Assembly (NCBI GenBank): GCA_963817915.1
Contig: CAWFQL010000010.1
Coordinates: forward strand, 29,889 to 93,888
Reading direction: 5' to 3'
Origin: an uncultured candidate division Zixibacteria bacterium
GTDB lineage: Bacteria; Zixibacteria; MSB-5A5; UBA10806
Length of the DNA stretch: 64,000 nucleotides
Shown here: in pieces, positions 9,476 to 18,638 of the stretch
Numbering within the stretch: the first letter of the stretch is position 1
How the letters are laid out: each line of letters opens with the position of its first letter
The notes under the pieces: model-generated
Seen by the model: only the letters and a program-made list of their open reading frames with translations
What the model was told of the DNA's origin: nothing
Database searches by the model: none
Translations under genes and position numbers: made by a program

Positions 9476-9524
9476 TTGACAACTGCACAAGTGTTCATTA
9501 TTATTAAACTGCACGTATGTGCAG
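9476..9524 (+). promoter_or_regulatory. sigma70-like promoter with two CTGCAC-N4-GTGCAG-type operators (candidate SOS/LexA-type box) upstream of dinB-dnaE2
   Basis: -35 TTGACA (9476-9481), 17-nt spacer, -10 TATTAT (9499-9504). Imperfect palindrome CTGCACAAGTGTTCAT (9483-9498) lies in the spacer. Perfect 16-bp palindrome CTGCACGTATGTGCAG (9509-9524) lies at or just downstream of the predicted TSS. Confidence 0.5.
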
Positions 9525-9547
9525 GTCGATAATGATTAGGGAGTAAT

Positions 9548-9607
9548 ATGAATAACACAGGCAGACGAGACGTCTTCTGCGCCCAGTCAATAGTCGACGT
9601 GATTTAG
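9548..9607 (+). other. 19-codon upstream ORF created by a duplicated dinB RBS/start (MNNTGRRDVFCAQSIVDVI*)
   Basis: ttagggagtaatatgaataacaca (9535-9558) duplicates ttagggagtaatatggataacacg (9602-9625, the dinB start). The uORF stop TAG overlaps the dinB Shine-Dalgarno TAGGGAG. Confidence 0.4.
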
Positions 9608-9615
9608 GGAGTAAT

Positions 9616-10846
9616 ATGGATAACACGCAAAAGACCGAACGAATCATCGCCCTGGTCGATATGAACGCCTTTTTGGCCTCTGTCGAGCAGGCGTTAAACC
9701 CGGAACTCATTGGCCAGCCTGTGATTGTGGGCGGCGAGCCGGGCACACGTGGCATCGTAATTTGCTCATCTTACGAGGCCCGCAAAGCTCGGTGTCGGCT
9801 TCGGGGTTTCGCTGGCGGAGGCATATCGAAAATTGCCAAAAGCCGTTTTTATCAAGGGCGATATCAAAATCTATATCGATTATTGGAAAGAGGTTCAGCG
9901 AATATTCGAGGAATATACACCGATTATCGAGCCTGTCTCAATGGATGAGGGGTATCTCGATCTCACCGGTTGCCGTGGCAAATTCAAATCAGTCCGCGAA
10001 TTAGGGCAATCATTGAAAGATAAAATAAAAGATCAACTGAGCATCCGTTGCTCAATCGGCATTTCGACCTCGAAGATGTTTGCCAAGATCGCCTGCAATA
10101 TGAGAAAGCCCGATGGCCTGACAGTTATCAGCCACGCCCGCGCCGCCAAGATGCTTCCCGACCTGCCGATCAGACAACTCCCCAATGTCGGCCACAAAAC
10201 CGAAAAGATATTCGCGGAATTAGGCGTGCATACAGTCGGCGGCTTGATCAAAGTTCCCCGCCCGGCGCTGATAGATCTATTCGGTGTCCGCGGCTCCGAA
10301 TGGTACGATTACGCGCGCGGTGATGATTCTCGTCCTGTCAAACCGAATCTGTCCCCCAAGACTATCAGCCGCGAGACCACATTCAACGCTGATTCGGTCG
10401 ACAGGAAATTTCTCGATGGCACCCTCTATTATCTGTTGGAACGGGTCTGCCAGAAATTACGCGAATTGGAATTGGTCGCCGGGCGGATCAGTGTCAAACT
10501 GCGCTACGTGGATTATTCATCGGTCGATGACGCCCACACCATGCGTTTCCCGACTAGCGCCGAAGGTGAAATACATAGCTATATACTCGATCTTTTCGAT
10601 AAAATCTATACCCGAAAAACCGGCGTTCGTCATCTGGGGATTACGGCCATGAGCCTCTCCCCGGCCTTCAGACAGATCAAACTTTTCGAAAATGAGAAAT
10701 CATTCGACCTGGCGCGCGGGCTTGATAAGGTTCGCGCCGGACTCGGCTATCATGCTGTCTATACCGGACGAACCCTGCCGCTCGGCAAAAACTTCCGCGA
10801 GGTTGTCGATGGATACGAGCTTCGTACCCCTTCGCTGTCGCAGTAA
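9616..10846 (+). CDS. dinB: Y-family DNA polymerase (DinB / Pol IV-like) with one frameshift near 9784-9787
   Basis: N-terminus IIALVDMNAFLASVE...VIVGG...RGIVICSSYEARK, then a frame change; the +1 frame continues KLGVGFGVSLAEAYRKLPKAVFIKGDIKIYIDYWKEV...SMDEGYLDLTG. Catalytic Asp (VDMN) and Asp-Glu (SMDEGYLD) are retained, which suggests an active polymerase rather than ImuB. A single-base change in the AAA run restores SYEARKLGVG. Confidence 0.8.
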
Positions 10847-13808
10847 TTACTCATTTCTGCACGGCGCCGCGACTCTCGATGGCTTATTGGAGCGCGCGGC
10901 AAGACAGGGACTTGGCGCGCTTGGCTTGGCCGATCTCGGCGGTCTATATGGAGCAATCCAGTTTTATCAGGAATCCAAAGATTACAATATCAAACCGATC
11001 GTCGGACTCGAACTCGATACCAAAATCGGCAAGATCCTTTTTATCGCAAAAAATCTCGCGGGGTACGGCAATCTCTGCCGCATATCGACTATTCTAAAAT
11101 TGGACGAGAGAATACCATCGCCGGATGATATTCAAAAAAACAGCGATAACTTGATCGCGATCCCCTTTGATACGAAGGAAATCGAAAACCTTATCGAGAT
11201 ATTCCATAACGATCTCTATTTCGGCGTTGTCAATTTCGGGGATATGCATAGTCGTATCGCTATTAATAAATACTCCCGCGATCTGAAACGATTCGATATC
11301 CGTATTATCGCCGCCAATCCGATCGCTTTTCTTGATAAAGATGATTTTCCGACCCACCGAATTTTGCGGGCCATCGGGGAAATCGTTCCGTTCGCTCAGC
11401 TATCCGATAGTATGATCGAAAATCAAAATGCCTATTTCATGGCCAAAGATGAATACGCCAATCTATTCAAAGAAATCCCCGAGGCCCTGGCATCGACATT
11501 AGAAATTGCTGAAAAATGTGACCTAAAATTGCCGGTCGGCAAACTGAATTTCCCAAAGTATCAAGGCACATCCGACAAAACCAATAACCGCCTGCTATAT
11601 GAACTGGCGTCATCGGGACTGCAAAAAAGATATTCCAAAATCAGCGGCGAGGCTATCTCGCGGCTCGAATACGAACTCAATGTCATCGAACGATGCGGCT
11701 TCACCGACTATTTTCTGATCGTCCATGGCATAATCGATTTCTGCAATCATAACGGCATCCCCTGTGTCGGACGGGGCTCGGCGGCATCATCGATAGTCTC
11801 GTATTCACTGGGAATCACCGAGGTTTGTCCGATTGAGCAGAATCTTTATTTCCAACGTTTCCTCAACGAGGGCCGCAAGGACCCGCCCGATATCGATCTC
11901 GATCTGTGCTGGAAACGGCGCGATGACGTTCTCGAATTTATCTATGAGAAATACGGCCGTGATCGCGTGGCCATGATATGCACATTAAACACCTTCGCGG
12001 TGCGCGGCGCGATACGCGAAGTGGCCAAGGCCTTCGGGCTTTCCGGCGATGAGATTTCCGATTTCACCAAACGACTCCCCTGGGGCGGCAGTGTCGAAAA
12101 TATCGAGAAACGGGTCGCCACCAGCCCCGAATGCCATCATCTGCCAATATACAATGAACCATACAAGACGATTATCGAATTGGCCCGCAAGATCGAGGGG
12201 TACCCGCGCCATCTGGGAATCCATTGCGGCGGGATCGTGATCACGCCCGGCCCGATGCTTGACCTGGTGCCGTTACAGATGTCGGCCAAGGGCATTGCCA
12301 TCACGCAATATGATATGTACTCGATTGACGATCTAGGCCTTGTCAAAATCGATCTTCTGGGACAACGGGGGCTTTCGACGATTGAAGAGGCAAAAGACAT
12401 AATCGCAAAGAAGACCGGCAGCCGCCCCGATACAATCCCGACCAACGACGAAAAAACCTATTCCCTTCTCCGGCGAGGCAAGACTATCGGCGTTTTTCAA
12501 ATCGAATCGCCCGGCCTGCGCGCCCTGCTGATTGCCATGAAGCCAAAGGAAATAAATGATATCACGCTGGCGTTGTCGCTGATTCGCCCTGGGGCATCGG
12601 AATCCGGAATGAAAAGGATCTTCCTCGAACGATTATTCGGAAAACGGCCGGTCGAATACCCCCATCCCTGCCTTGAACCTGTTCTTAAAGAGACATTGGG
12701 AAATATAATCTATCAGGAGCAGGTATTGAGAGTTGCTGAGACGATGGCCGGATTCACGCCGGAGCAGGCCGATCTTCTGCGTCGTGTAATGACCAAGGAA
12801 CGGGGCAATCGCGATTTCGATGTCATGCGAAATAATTTCATGATTCAATCATCGAGGCGCGGGGTTAATTCGGAGACCGCCGAAAATGTTTTCAATATGA
12901 TGATTCAATTCGCGTCGTATGGCTTCTGCAAGGCGCATGCCGCCACCTATGCCATGCTCGCCTATCGCGGCACATATTTGAAAGCCCATCATCCGGTCGA
13001 ATATATGGCCTCGATGCTTAATAACTTCGCCGGCTATTATCGCCCGCGAGTCTACGCCGAGGAAGCCCGCCGCTGGGGCGCTATTCTGAAAACGCCCACT
13101 ATCGACCGTCCATCGGATGTCTGTTTTGTCGATGGCAAAAATCTATTCATTGGAATGCTGTATATTAAGAATATGTCTTCGAATACGATTCATAATATTA
13201 TCAACGAACGAGCTCGTGGAGAATTCAAAAACCTGTTCGATTTCCTCTATCGTGTCAGGCCGACCACAGATGAAGCCTTGAGCCTCATCAAATGCGGCGC
13301 GCTCGATTGCCTCGGGCAAACCCGTCCTCAACTTCTCTGGCTCTATAAAATATATGGCGAGAAACGATTAAAGAAACCCGATGACTCCCCCATGCTGGAT
13401 TCTCTCACAATTCCCGAGCCGGACTTCGCCTTCCTGCCCGATCTCCCCGATTTCGATCTCGATCAGAAATTGAAAGCCGAGGCGGAAATATTCGAGATGT
13501 CGATATCATGCCATCCGATCGAGCGATTAGGAATAACGAATAATCATGTTAAAAGTATCGATCTACCCCGGCTCGAAAATAAGAAAGTGCATATAGCGGG
13601 ATTTGTCGCCGATCGCAAACGAATAAAGACATCCAATGGGCGAAGCATGGTTTTTCTGACTATGGAAGATGAATTCGATCTATTCGAAGTTACGCTATTC
13701 CCCAAGGTTTATCTGCGTGTTGGCGAACGGATATTCCGCAAGCCGCTGCTTGATATCGAAGGCATAGTTCAGAACCGAGTCCGGCGGCCTGACGATAATA
13801 GCCGATAA
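10809..13808 (+). CDS. dnaE2: error-prone DNA polymerase III alpha-like subunit (DnaE2/ImuC-type)
   Basis: About 1000 aa; N-terminal PHP domain (FVPLRCRSNYSFLHGAATLDGLLERAARQGLGALGLAD), polymerase core (GFCKAHAATYAMLAYR), C-terminal OB fold. ATG at 10809 gives MDTSFVPLRCRS... and overlaps the dinB 3' end by 38 nt; the ORF track's longer start at 10692 is unlikely. Confidence 0.8.
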   Translation: MDTSFVPLRCRSNYSFLHGAATLDGLLERAARQGLGALGLADLGGLYGAIQFYQESKDYNIKPIVGLELDTKIGKILFIAKNLAGYGNLCRISTILKLDERIPSPDDIQKNSDNLIAIPFDTKEIENLIEIFHNDLYFGVVNFGDMHSRIAINKYSRDLKRFDIRIIAANPIAFLDKDDFPTHRILRAIGEIVPFAQLSDSMIENQNAYFMAKDEYANLFKEIPEALASTLEIAEKCDLKLPVGKLNFPKYQGTSDKTNNRLLYELASSGLQKRYSKISGEAISRLEYELNVIERCGFTDYFLIVHGIIDFCNHNGIPCVGRGSAASSIVSYSLGITEVCPIEQNLYFQRFLNEGRKDPPDIDLDLCWKRRDDVLEFIYEKYGRDRVAMICTLNTFAVRGAIREVAKAFGLSGDEISDFTKRLPWGGSVENIEKRVATSPECHHLPIYNEPYKTIIELARKIEGYPRHLGIHCGGIVITPGPMLDLVPLQMSAKGIAITQYDMYSIDDLGLVKIDLLGQRGLSTIEEAKDIIAKKTGSRPDTIPTNDEKTYSLLRRGKTIGVFQIESPGLRALLIAMKPKEINDITLALSLIRPGASESGMKRIFLERLFGKRPVEYPHPCLEPVLKETLGNIIYQEQVLRVAETMAGFTPEQADLLRRVMTKERGNRDFDVMRNNFMIQSSRRGVNSETAENVFNMMIQFASYGFCKAHAATYAMLAYRGTYLKAHHPVEYMASMLNNFAGYYRPRVYAEEARRWGAILKTPTIDRPSDVCFVDGKNLFIGMLYIKNMSSNTIHNIINERARGEFKNLFDFLYRVRPTTDEALSLIKCGALDCLGQTRPQLLWLYKIYGEKRLKKPDDSPMLDSLTIPEPDFAFLPDLPDFDLDQKLKAEAEIFEMSISCHPIERLGITNNHVKSIDLPRLENKKVHIAGFVADRKRIKTSNGRSMVFLTMEDEFDLFEVTLFPKVYLRVGERIFRKPLLDIEGIVQNRVRRPDDNSR

Positions 13809-13905
13809 AATAAGTGTAATCGGATAAAATTCGCTCTGGAAAAATAAATAGACAGAATGCTATATTTGCTTTATGAAACCGCTGTATGGGAATTGAGAGG
13901 TAACC

Positions 13906-14466
13906 ATGCCTGAACGATGCGCCTGGCCAATGAGCGATATGATGATCGCCTACCACGATAACGAATGGGGTACTCCGCTCCATGATGATCAAAAGCTCTT
14001 TGAATTTCTTGTCCTCGATGCCTTCCAGGCAGGATTGAGCTGGGCGATTGTTCTGAAGAAACGGGACAACTTCAGAAAAGCATTTGATAATTACGATATC
14101 CCGAAAATCGCCAAATACAATAAGCGAAAAATAGAATCGCTCCTTAAAGACGAGGGTATAATTCGCAACAAACTGAAGATCGCCACGACGGTCGACAACG
14201 CCATATCGTTTATAAAGATTCAAAATGAATACGGCAGTTTCGATAAATATATCTGGCAATTCGTAAATCATAAGCCGATAAAGAATAAATGGAAATCGAT
14301 GAAGGATATCCCCGCGAAGACAGAAATATCCGATAATATGAGCAAGGACTTGAAATCGCGCGGATTCAGATTTGTCGGTTCGACAATATGCTATTCATTC
14401 ATGCAGGCGGCGGGAATGGTCAATGATCACGTTATCACATGTTTCCGCTATAAGGAATTAAAATAG
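13906..14466 (+). CDS. tag: DNA-3-methyladenine glycosylase I
   Basis: 186 aa; RCAWPMSDMMIAYHDNEWGTPLHDDQKLFEFLVLDAFQAGLSWAIVLKKR is the Tag family signature. Confidence 0.85.
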   Translation: MPERCAWPMSDMMIAYHDNEWGTPLHDDQKLFEFLVLDAFQAGLSWAIVLKKRDNFRKAFDNYDIPKIAKYNKRKIESLLKDEGIIRNKLKIATTVDNAISFIKIQNEYGSFDKYIWQFVNHKPIKNKWKSMKDIPAKTEISDNMSKDLKSRGFRFVGSTICYSFMQAAGMVNDHVITCFRYKELK

Positions 14467-14471
14467 ATCCA

Positions 14472-14501
14472 TGTAGAGACTTGCTATGGCAAGTCTCTAC
14501 A
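14472..14501. terminator. perfect 13-bp palindromic hairpin (TGTAGAGACTTGC-tatg-GCAAGTCTCTACA), hairpin family member 1
   Basis: Immediately after the tag stop; related copy at 15571-15599 with compensatory base changes in the stem. Confidence 0.55.
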
Positions 14502-14545
14502 AAACCATAGTGCGTATCAATTTCGATATCATTTAGGAGGATTGG

Positions 14546-15541
14546 GTGAATCAACTGACCAATACAAATATCGACTTAAACAAACCAATCTCGGAATTTG
14601 CCCAAAAACTTGTCACGACTCTTTGCGATACTCAAACCATAGGCATGGCTATCGAGCATCTGCGAGGGCATGAGCTTGCCGAAAAAATCGTATATTTCTA
14701 TGTAGTCGATAATCAGAACAAACTCGTCGGCGTGGTTCCGGTCAGACGATTGCTTATGAGCGGACTCGATAAAAAAATCAGCGACATTATGATTCCCAGG
14801 GTAATTTCGGTGAGAAGCACGACAACATTGCTGGACGCCTCGGAGATGTTGATCGAAAAGAAATTAATGGCTCTTCCGGTTGTAGACGAGACTAACAGAT
14901 TGCAGGGAGTTTTCGATATCACTTTATTTACGGATGAAATCTCCAATCTTGCCCATAAACACGAAATCGAAAATGTATTCCAGCTAATTGGTGTCCACGT
15001 ATCCGCCGGCCGGGTTGTATCTCCCTGGGTTAATTATCGTGAACGAATTCCATGGCTGATATGCAATATCATTGGCGGAATTGTCTGCGCTTTTATCGTA
15101 AGCATGCACGAGACTCTTATCAATATGATTACATTGCTGGCATTCTTTATACCGGTAATATTGACCTTATCCGAGAGTGTCAGCATGCAGGCCATGACCT
15201 ACACTCTGCAATCGCCGCTTTTCCAGGTTTATTCAACCCGAATGATTTTAAAGTCAGTTCGAAAGGAAATTATTCCATCGATATTTTTGGGGTTGAGCTG
15301 CGGTATTATAGTAGGCGGGATCGCCTATATCTGGAAAGGTAATCCTTTGAGTGCTCTTGCCGTCGGTGTAAGCATAACTATGGCGATTATTCTCGCCTCC
15401 CTTTTCGGCGTTCTAATACCGGCGGCGATTAAATCATTCAAAATCGATCCCAAAATAGCATCGGGACCAATAGCGCTGGCGATTGCCGATATCGCGACAT
15501 TGCTTTTATTCTTCAATGTTGCAGTGCTTATTCTGGATTAA
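14546..15541 (+). CDS. mgtE: magnesium transporter MgtE-like (CBS pair + MgtE membrane domain)
   Basis: 331 aa; two CBS motifs (VVPVRRLLMSG..., ALPVVDETNRLQGVFDITLF) followed by a 5-TM MgtE-type C-terminus. Shorter than canonical MgtE (no MgtE_N); the ORF track's first codon is GTG, possible upstream start. Confidence 0.7.
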   Translation: MNQLTNTNIDLNKPISEFAQKLVTTLCDTQTIGMAIEHLRGHELAEKIVYFYVVDNQNKLVGVVPVRRLLMSGLDKKISDIMIPRVISVRSTTTLLDASEMLIEKKLMALPVVDETNRLQGVFDITLFTDEISNLAHKHEIENVFQLIGVHVSAGRVVSPWVNYRERIPWLICNIIGGIVCAFIVSMHETLINMITLLAFFIPVILTLSESVSMQAMTYTLQSPLFQVYSTRMILKSVRKEIIPSIFLGLSCGIIVGGIAYIWKGNPLSALAVGVSITMAIILASLFGVLIPAAIKSFKIDPKIASGPIALAIADIATLLLFFNVAVLILD

Positions 15542-15570
15542 AATTATTTAGATTGTAGATGATATAATTT

Positions 15571-15599
15571 TGTAGAGCTTTGCTATAGCAAGGCTCTAC
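15571..15599. terminator. palindromic hairpin (TGTAGAGCTTTGC-tata-GCAAGGCTCTAC), hairpin family member 2, between convergent mgtE and AKR genes
   Basis: Same architecture as 14472-14501 with covarying stem positions (A:T to C:G); followed by TTTGAATT; likely a bidirectional terminator or REP-like element. Confidence 0.55.
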
Positions 15600-15605
15600 T
15601 TTGAA

Positions 15606-16418
15606 TTACATAAAATATTTCTTCTGATTATGAATCATATCGCCATATTCCTTAATCAAATTCATTTCATCCTGATTCAGCGGGCCGTCCTTCAAAGCGG
15701 CGATATTGTCATTAAGCTGTTTTATATTCCGCGGAGCCGTCAGGCAAACATCGATATTTGGATTTGATAAAACAAATCGATAGCACATCCCCGGTGTCGG
15801 TATCGGGCGATCTTTCGGCCATTGGCGTGAACGCCTTATGAGATAAGTCCATCTTGTCGCGGTATATCCAATTACTCCTGGTTTATGCCGTGGCAGATAT
15901 GGGAAAATATCGGTTTCTGCCCCGCGATGGGCGGCGTTGTATCGTATCATCAATGTATCGAGTGCGCCTTCGTCCGCCATCTGCCCGGCGAATTTCCGAT
16001 CGTGGCAGGACATTCCTACCGCGCGTACCTTCCCCTCTTCTTTAAGGCGATACATATCTTCGCGCACCTTTTCATCCAAATGCTTGGCCTTGGTAACTCC
16101 GAGAAACAAAAACATATCGATATAATCCGTTTTCAGCTGCTTTAGTCTTTTCTCCAATGTCCTTCGAATATCCGGATGGCCATAGAGTAGATTGTATGCG
16201 CCGGTCGCAATTACCATATTTTGACGGTTCGTTTTCGCTACATCGCGGAGCACCCTCGTCATTTGCATATCGAATCCAAAACAAAAGAATAAATCCAAAC
16301 CTTCATCGAATGCTTTGTGAACCGTCTTCTTCCCTGGCCAGTAACTCGCCGAGAGACCGAGGCGATGAACTTTGGTCTCGCTTTTGCCTATTCTCGCGTG
16401 TGTAAAATCCTCAACCAT
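15606..16418 (-). CDS. aldo/keto reductase family oxidoreductase
   Basis: 270 aa; AKR family features (GLSASYWPG..., KQLKTDYIDMFLFLGV). Confidence 0.75.
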   Translation of the reverse strand: MVEDFTHARIGKSETKVHRLGLSASYWPGKKTVHKAFDEGLDLFFCFGFDMQMTRVLRDVAKTNRQNMVIATGAYNLLYGHPDIRRTLEKRLKQLKTDYIDMFLFLGVTKAKHLDEKVREDMYRLKEEGKVRAVGMSCHDRKFAGQMADEGALDTLMIRYNAAHRGAETDIFPYLPRHKPGVIGYTATRWTYLIRRSRQWPKDRPIPTPGMCYRFVLSNPNIDVCLTAPRNIKQLNDNIAALKDGPLNQDEMNLIKEYGDMIHNQKKYFM

Positions 16419-16679
16419 TGTATCCCCGCTTTCTTATTCAAATTCCGAATATTTCTTTTCTACATCGCCATAAGATTTAGCATTGCGGGTATATTAACGC
16501 AAATTATTTTTGCGATATTTCTTAAAATATCCCCCACGCCCTCTACTCCTCTCTCCAACTGCGAATTCGATATGGCATTTATATGCTTATTTGATATCAA
16601 ATAAATCTTGAATAAATTTTGTAATTTCGATATAATTTTGTCGGTAGACTTTTGAATGGCTTAAAATAAGGGGATCAAA

Positions 16680-18638
16680 ATGAAATATTTCACTTTGGTA
16701 ATATTGATTTCATTTCAAATGGCAATTGCGGAGGATAACAATAATACAATCGCAATGACAAATAAACCTATTGGACTCTTATATGAAGCGCCTTCAAAAG
16801 AGCTCCTTGATGAGAAATTCTGCCCTCTTGATAGTACAGCCAATGCTATGGTCGAGCGTAATAGTGTGAACTATGTCGTTCGTAAAGGCGTCATGAAATT
16901 GCAGGTATTTAGGCGTATTAAAATTTACACCGAAGCCGGCTTGTCCTACGCTCAATATGAAGAGCTTTATGATCAAAATAAAATCATTGATACGCTTGGC
17001 GCGATATGCTTTACACCCCAAGGAACTCAATTTGCTCTGTCAGAAAAAGACATTATTGATGAAACCGTCATCAAAGATCTCGGTTCCGGAAGATATCTGA
17101 AATCCAAGAAATTCGCGATCCCCGGAGTAACTCCGGGATGTGTAATAAATATAATTTCAAAATGCCATTTTATAGGTCAAATTGAACCTCCTGTATTCCG
17201 CTTTCAGGAAGATATTCCCGTCGAGAATGCTTACTATTCTTTTGGATTTCCTGAAAATTTAAAATATTCCTATATAGTAACCAATGAAAATTTTCTTACC
17301 AGATTCAAGAGATTTGGATATGAAATATCATTTGATTGCATCGCCGAGGATATCGCTGCAATTGAAGAGGAACCAAATCGGCCTCCTGATAGATTTATGT
17401 CAACTGATGTATGGGTTCATTTTACTGGAGTCGAAGTAAATAAGGAAGTCATCGATTTATCCGAGACATGGAAAGAATACCTCAAGCCCATCAGGCAATC
17501 CTACTCAAAAGCATTCGATGGATCCCGAAAAGCAAAAATAATCGCCGACAGCTTGCTGACCCTCACTAATGAGCATAATCTACTGATCAAGTTTGCCATT
17601 AATATAGTGCGAGATAGATGGGGTAATGACCCCCTATATTATATGCATTCTGCAGGCAGCGATGATATTAACAAAATCATGGGGAGAGAAAATCTCGATC
17701 CCGTTGAAAAATCACTCGTGCTATGTGCTATTTTGAAAAATTTGAAGATCGAAAGTGAAATTGTATGGGCTTGTTCGGAAAAATGTAAATATACTCCCGT
17801 AAAGGACTTTCCATCATATATAATATTCGATCATGCGCTTGCTTATATACCAGAGGATTCATTGCTGCTCGATCCTTCAGATCCGGGAGGTGACGTTGGA
17901 ATCCTTGATGAAGACTATTCCGATAGAATAATGTGCCGCCCTATGGCTACGTCCAATATTATTTCGATGACGCCAAAATTCGGGGAATTCTCATCGAAAA
18001 TGATCGATTTAACTTTTACGGCTATCGATGAAAACACATTCACCGGTCAGGGATCGGTAAAGTTCTATAATCAGGACGCTATTGAGGCGCGGCGACTTTT
18101 CCGCAAGGAAGGAGAAGTTGCAAGAAAGAAAGCTTTGAATAATATGTTATTCAGAGATGGCAAAGATATCGTAACTTCTCTCAAGGAAGCCCCTGACTCT
18201 TTATTAAGCCCCAAAATCTACCAGCTCGATTTTGAGGTGAAACTTTCCGATTTCAATCCCGATGAGAACACGAGCCTTGATTTCAGTCCTTACCCCGGGC
18301 CATCATTCGATAATACAACGGTTGATTACAATCCTCCGAGACAATATCCCTTCTATTTTGATTATAGTAAAGTTTGGGATATTTACAATATTAAATGGTC
18401 ATTTGGGAAATTTTTCCACCCTATTAAAACAGATAGCCTTAGTTTTAAGTTAGACAATATTCTCGTTGTCTATTCATATCTTACCGATTACAACAAGGAA
18501 AATAACGAATTTACAGTTCGACGGGAATACAAACGGATTCAAAAAAGCTTCAGACCGGATTTCGCTACCGCCTATGAAAGATTCCTGCAAAGCTCCAAAA
18601 AATGCGACATGACGCCGTTAGTCCTGGAGAAATATTGA
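16680..18638 (+). CDS. secreted DUF3857 / transglutaminase-like superfamily protein
   Basis: 652 aa; signal peptide MKYFTLVILISFQMAIA; divergent TGase-like core (EKSLVLCAILKNL...FDHALAYIP...LLDPSD). Overlaps the next gene by 37 nt, so co-transcribed with it. Confidence 0.55.
   Translation: MKYFTLVILISFQMAIAEDNNNTIAMTNKPIGLLYEAPSKELLDEKFCPLDSTANAMVERNSVNYVVRKGVMKLQVFRRIKIYTEAGLSYAQYEELYDQNKIIDTLGAICFTPQGTQFALSEKDIIDETVIKDLGSGRYLKSKKFAIPGVTPGCVINIISKCHFIGQIEPPVFRFQEDIPVENAYYSFGFPENLKYSYIVTNENFLTRFKRFGYEISFDCIAEDIAAIEEEPNRPPDRFMSTDVWVHFTGVEVNKEVIDLSETWKEYLKPIRQSYSKAFDGSRKAKIIADSLLTLTNEHNLLIKFAINIVRDRWGNDPLYYMHSAGSDDINKIMGRENLDPVEKSLVLCAILKNLKIESEIVWACSEKCKYTPVKDFPSYIIFDHALAYIPEDSLLLDPSDPGGDVGILDEDYSDRIMCRPMATSNIISMTPKFGEFSSKMIDLTFTAIDENTFTGQGSVKFYNQDAIEARRLFRKEGEVARKKALNNMLFRDGKDIVTSLKEAPDSLLSPKIYQLDFEVKLSDFNPDENTSLDFSPYPGPSFDNTTVDYNPPRQYPFYFDYSKVWDIYNIKWSFGKFFHPIKTDSLSFKLDNILVVYSYLTDYNKENNEFTVRREYKRIQKSFRPDFATAYERFLQSSKKCDMTPLVLEKY

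Noticed and set aside
10692-10808. Longer dnaE2 N-terminus starting at 10692 (ORF-track start)
   Set aside because: It would overlap 155 nt of dinB in another frame. The conserved PHP-domain N-terminus begins right after the ATG at 10809, so the shorter start was chosen.
13690-14271. 193-aa minus-strand ORF overlapping the dnaE2 end and tag
   Set aside because: Antisense to two strongly conserved genes with no recognisable domain; typical shadow ORF.
14467-14545. M-box (Mg) riboswitch upstream of mgtE
   Set aside because: The leader is only ~80 nt and consists of one palindromic hairpin; it is too short and lacks M-box conserved blocks.
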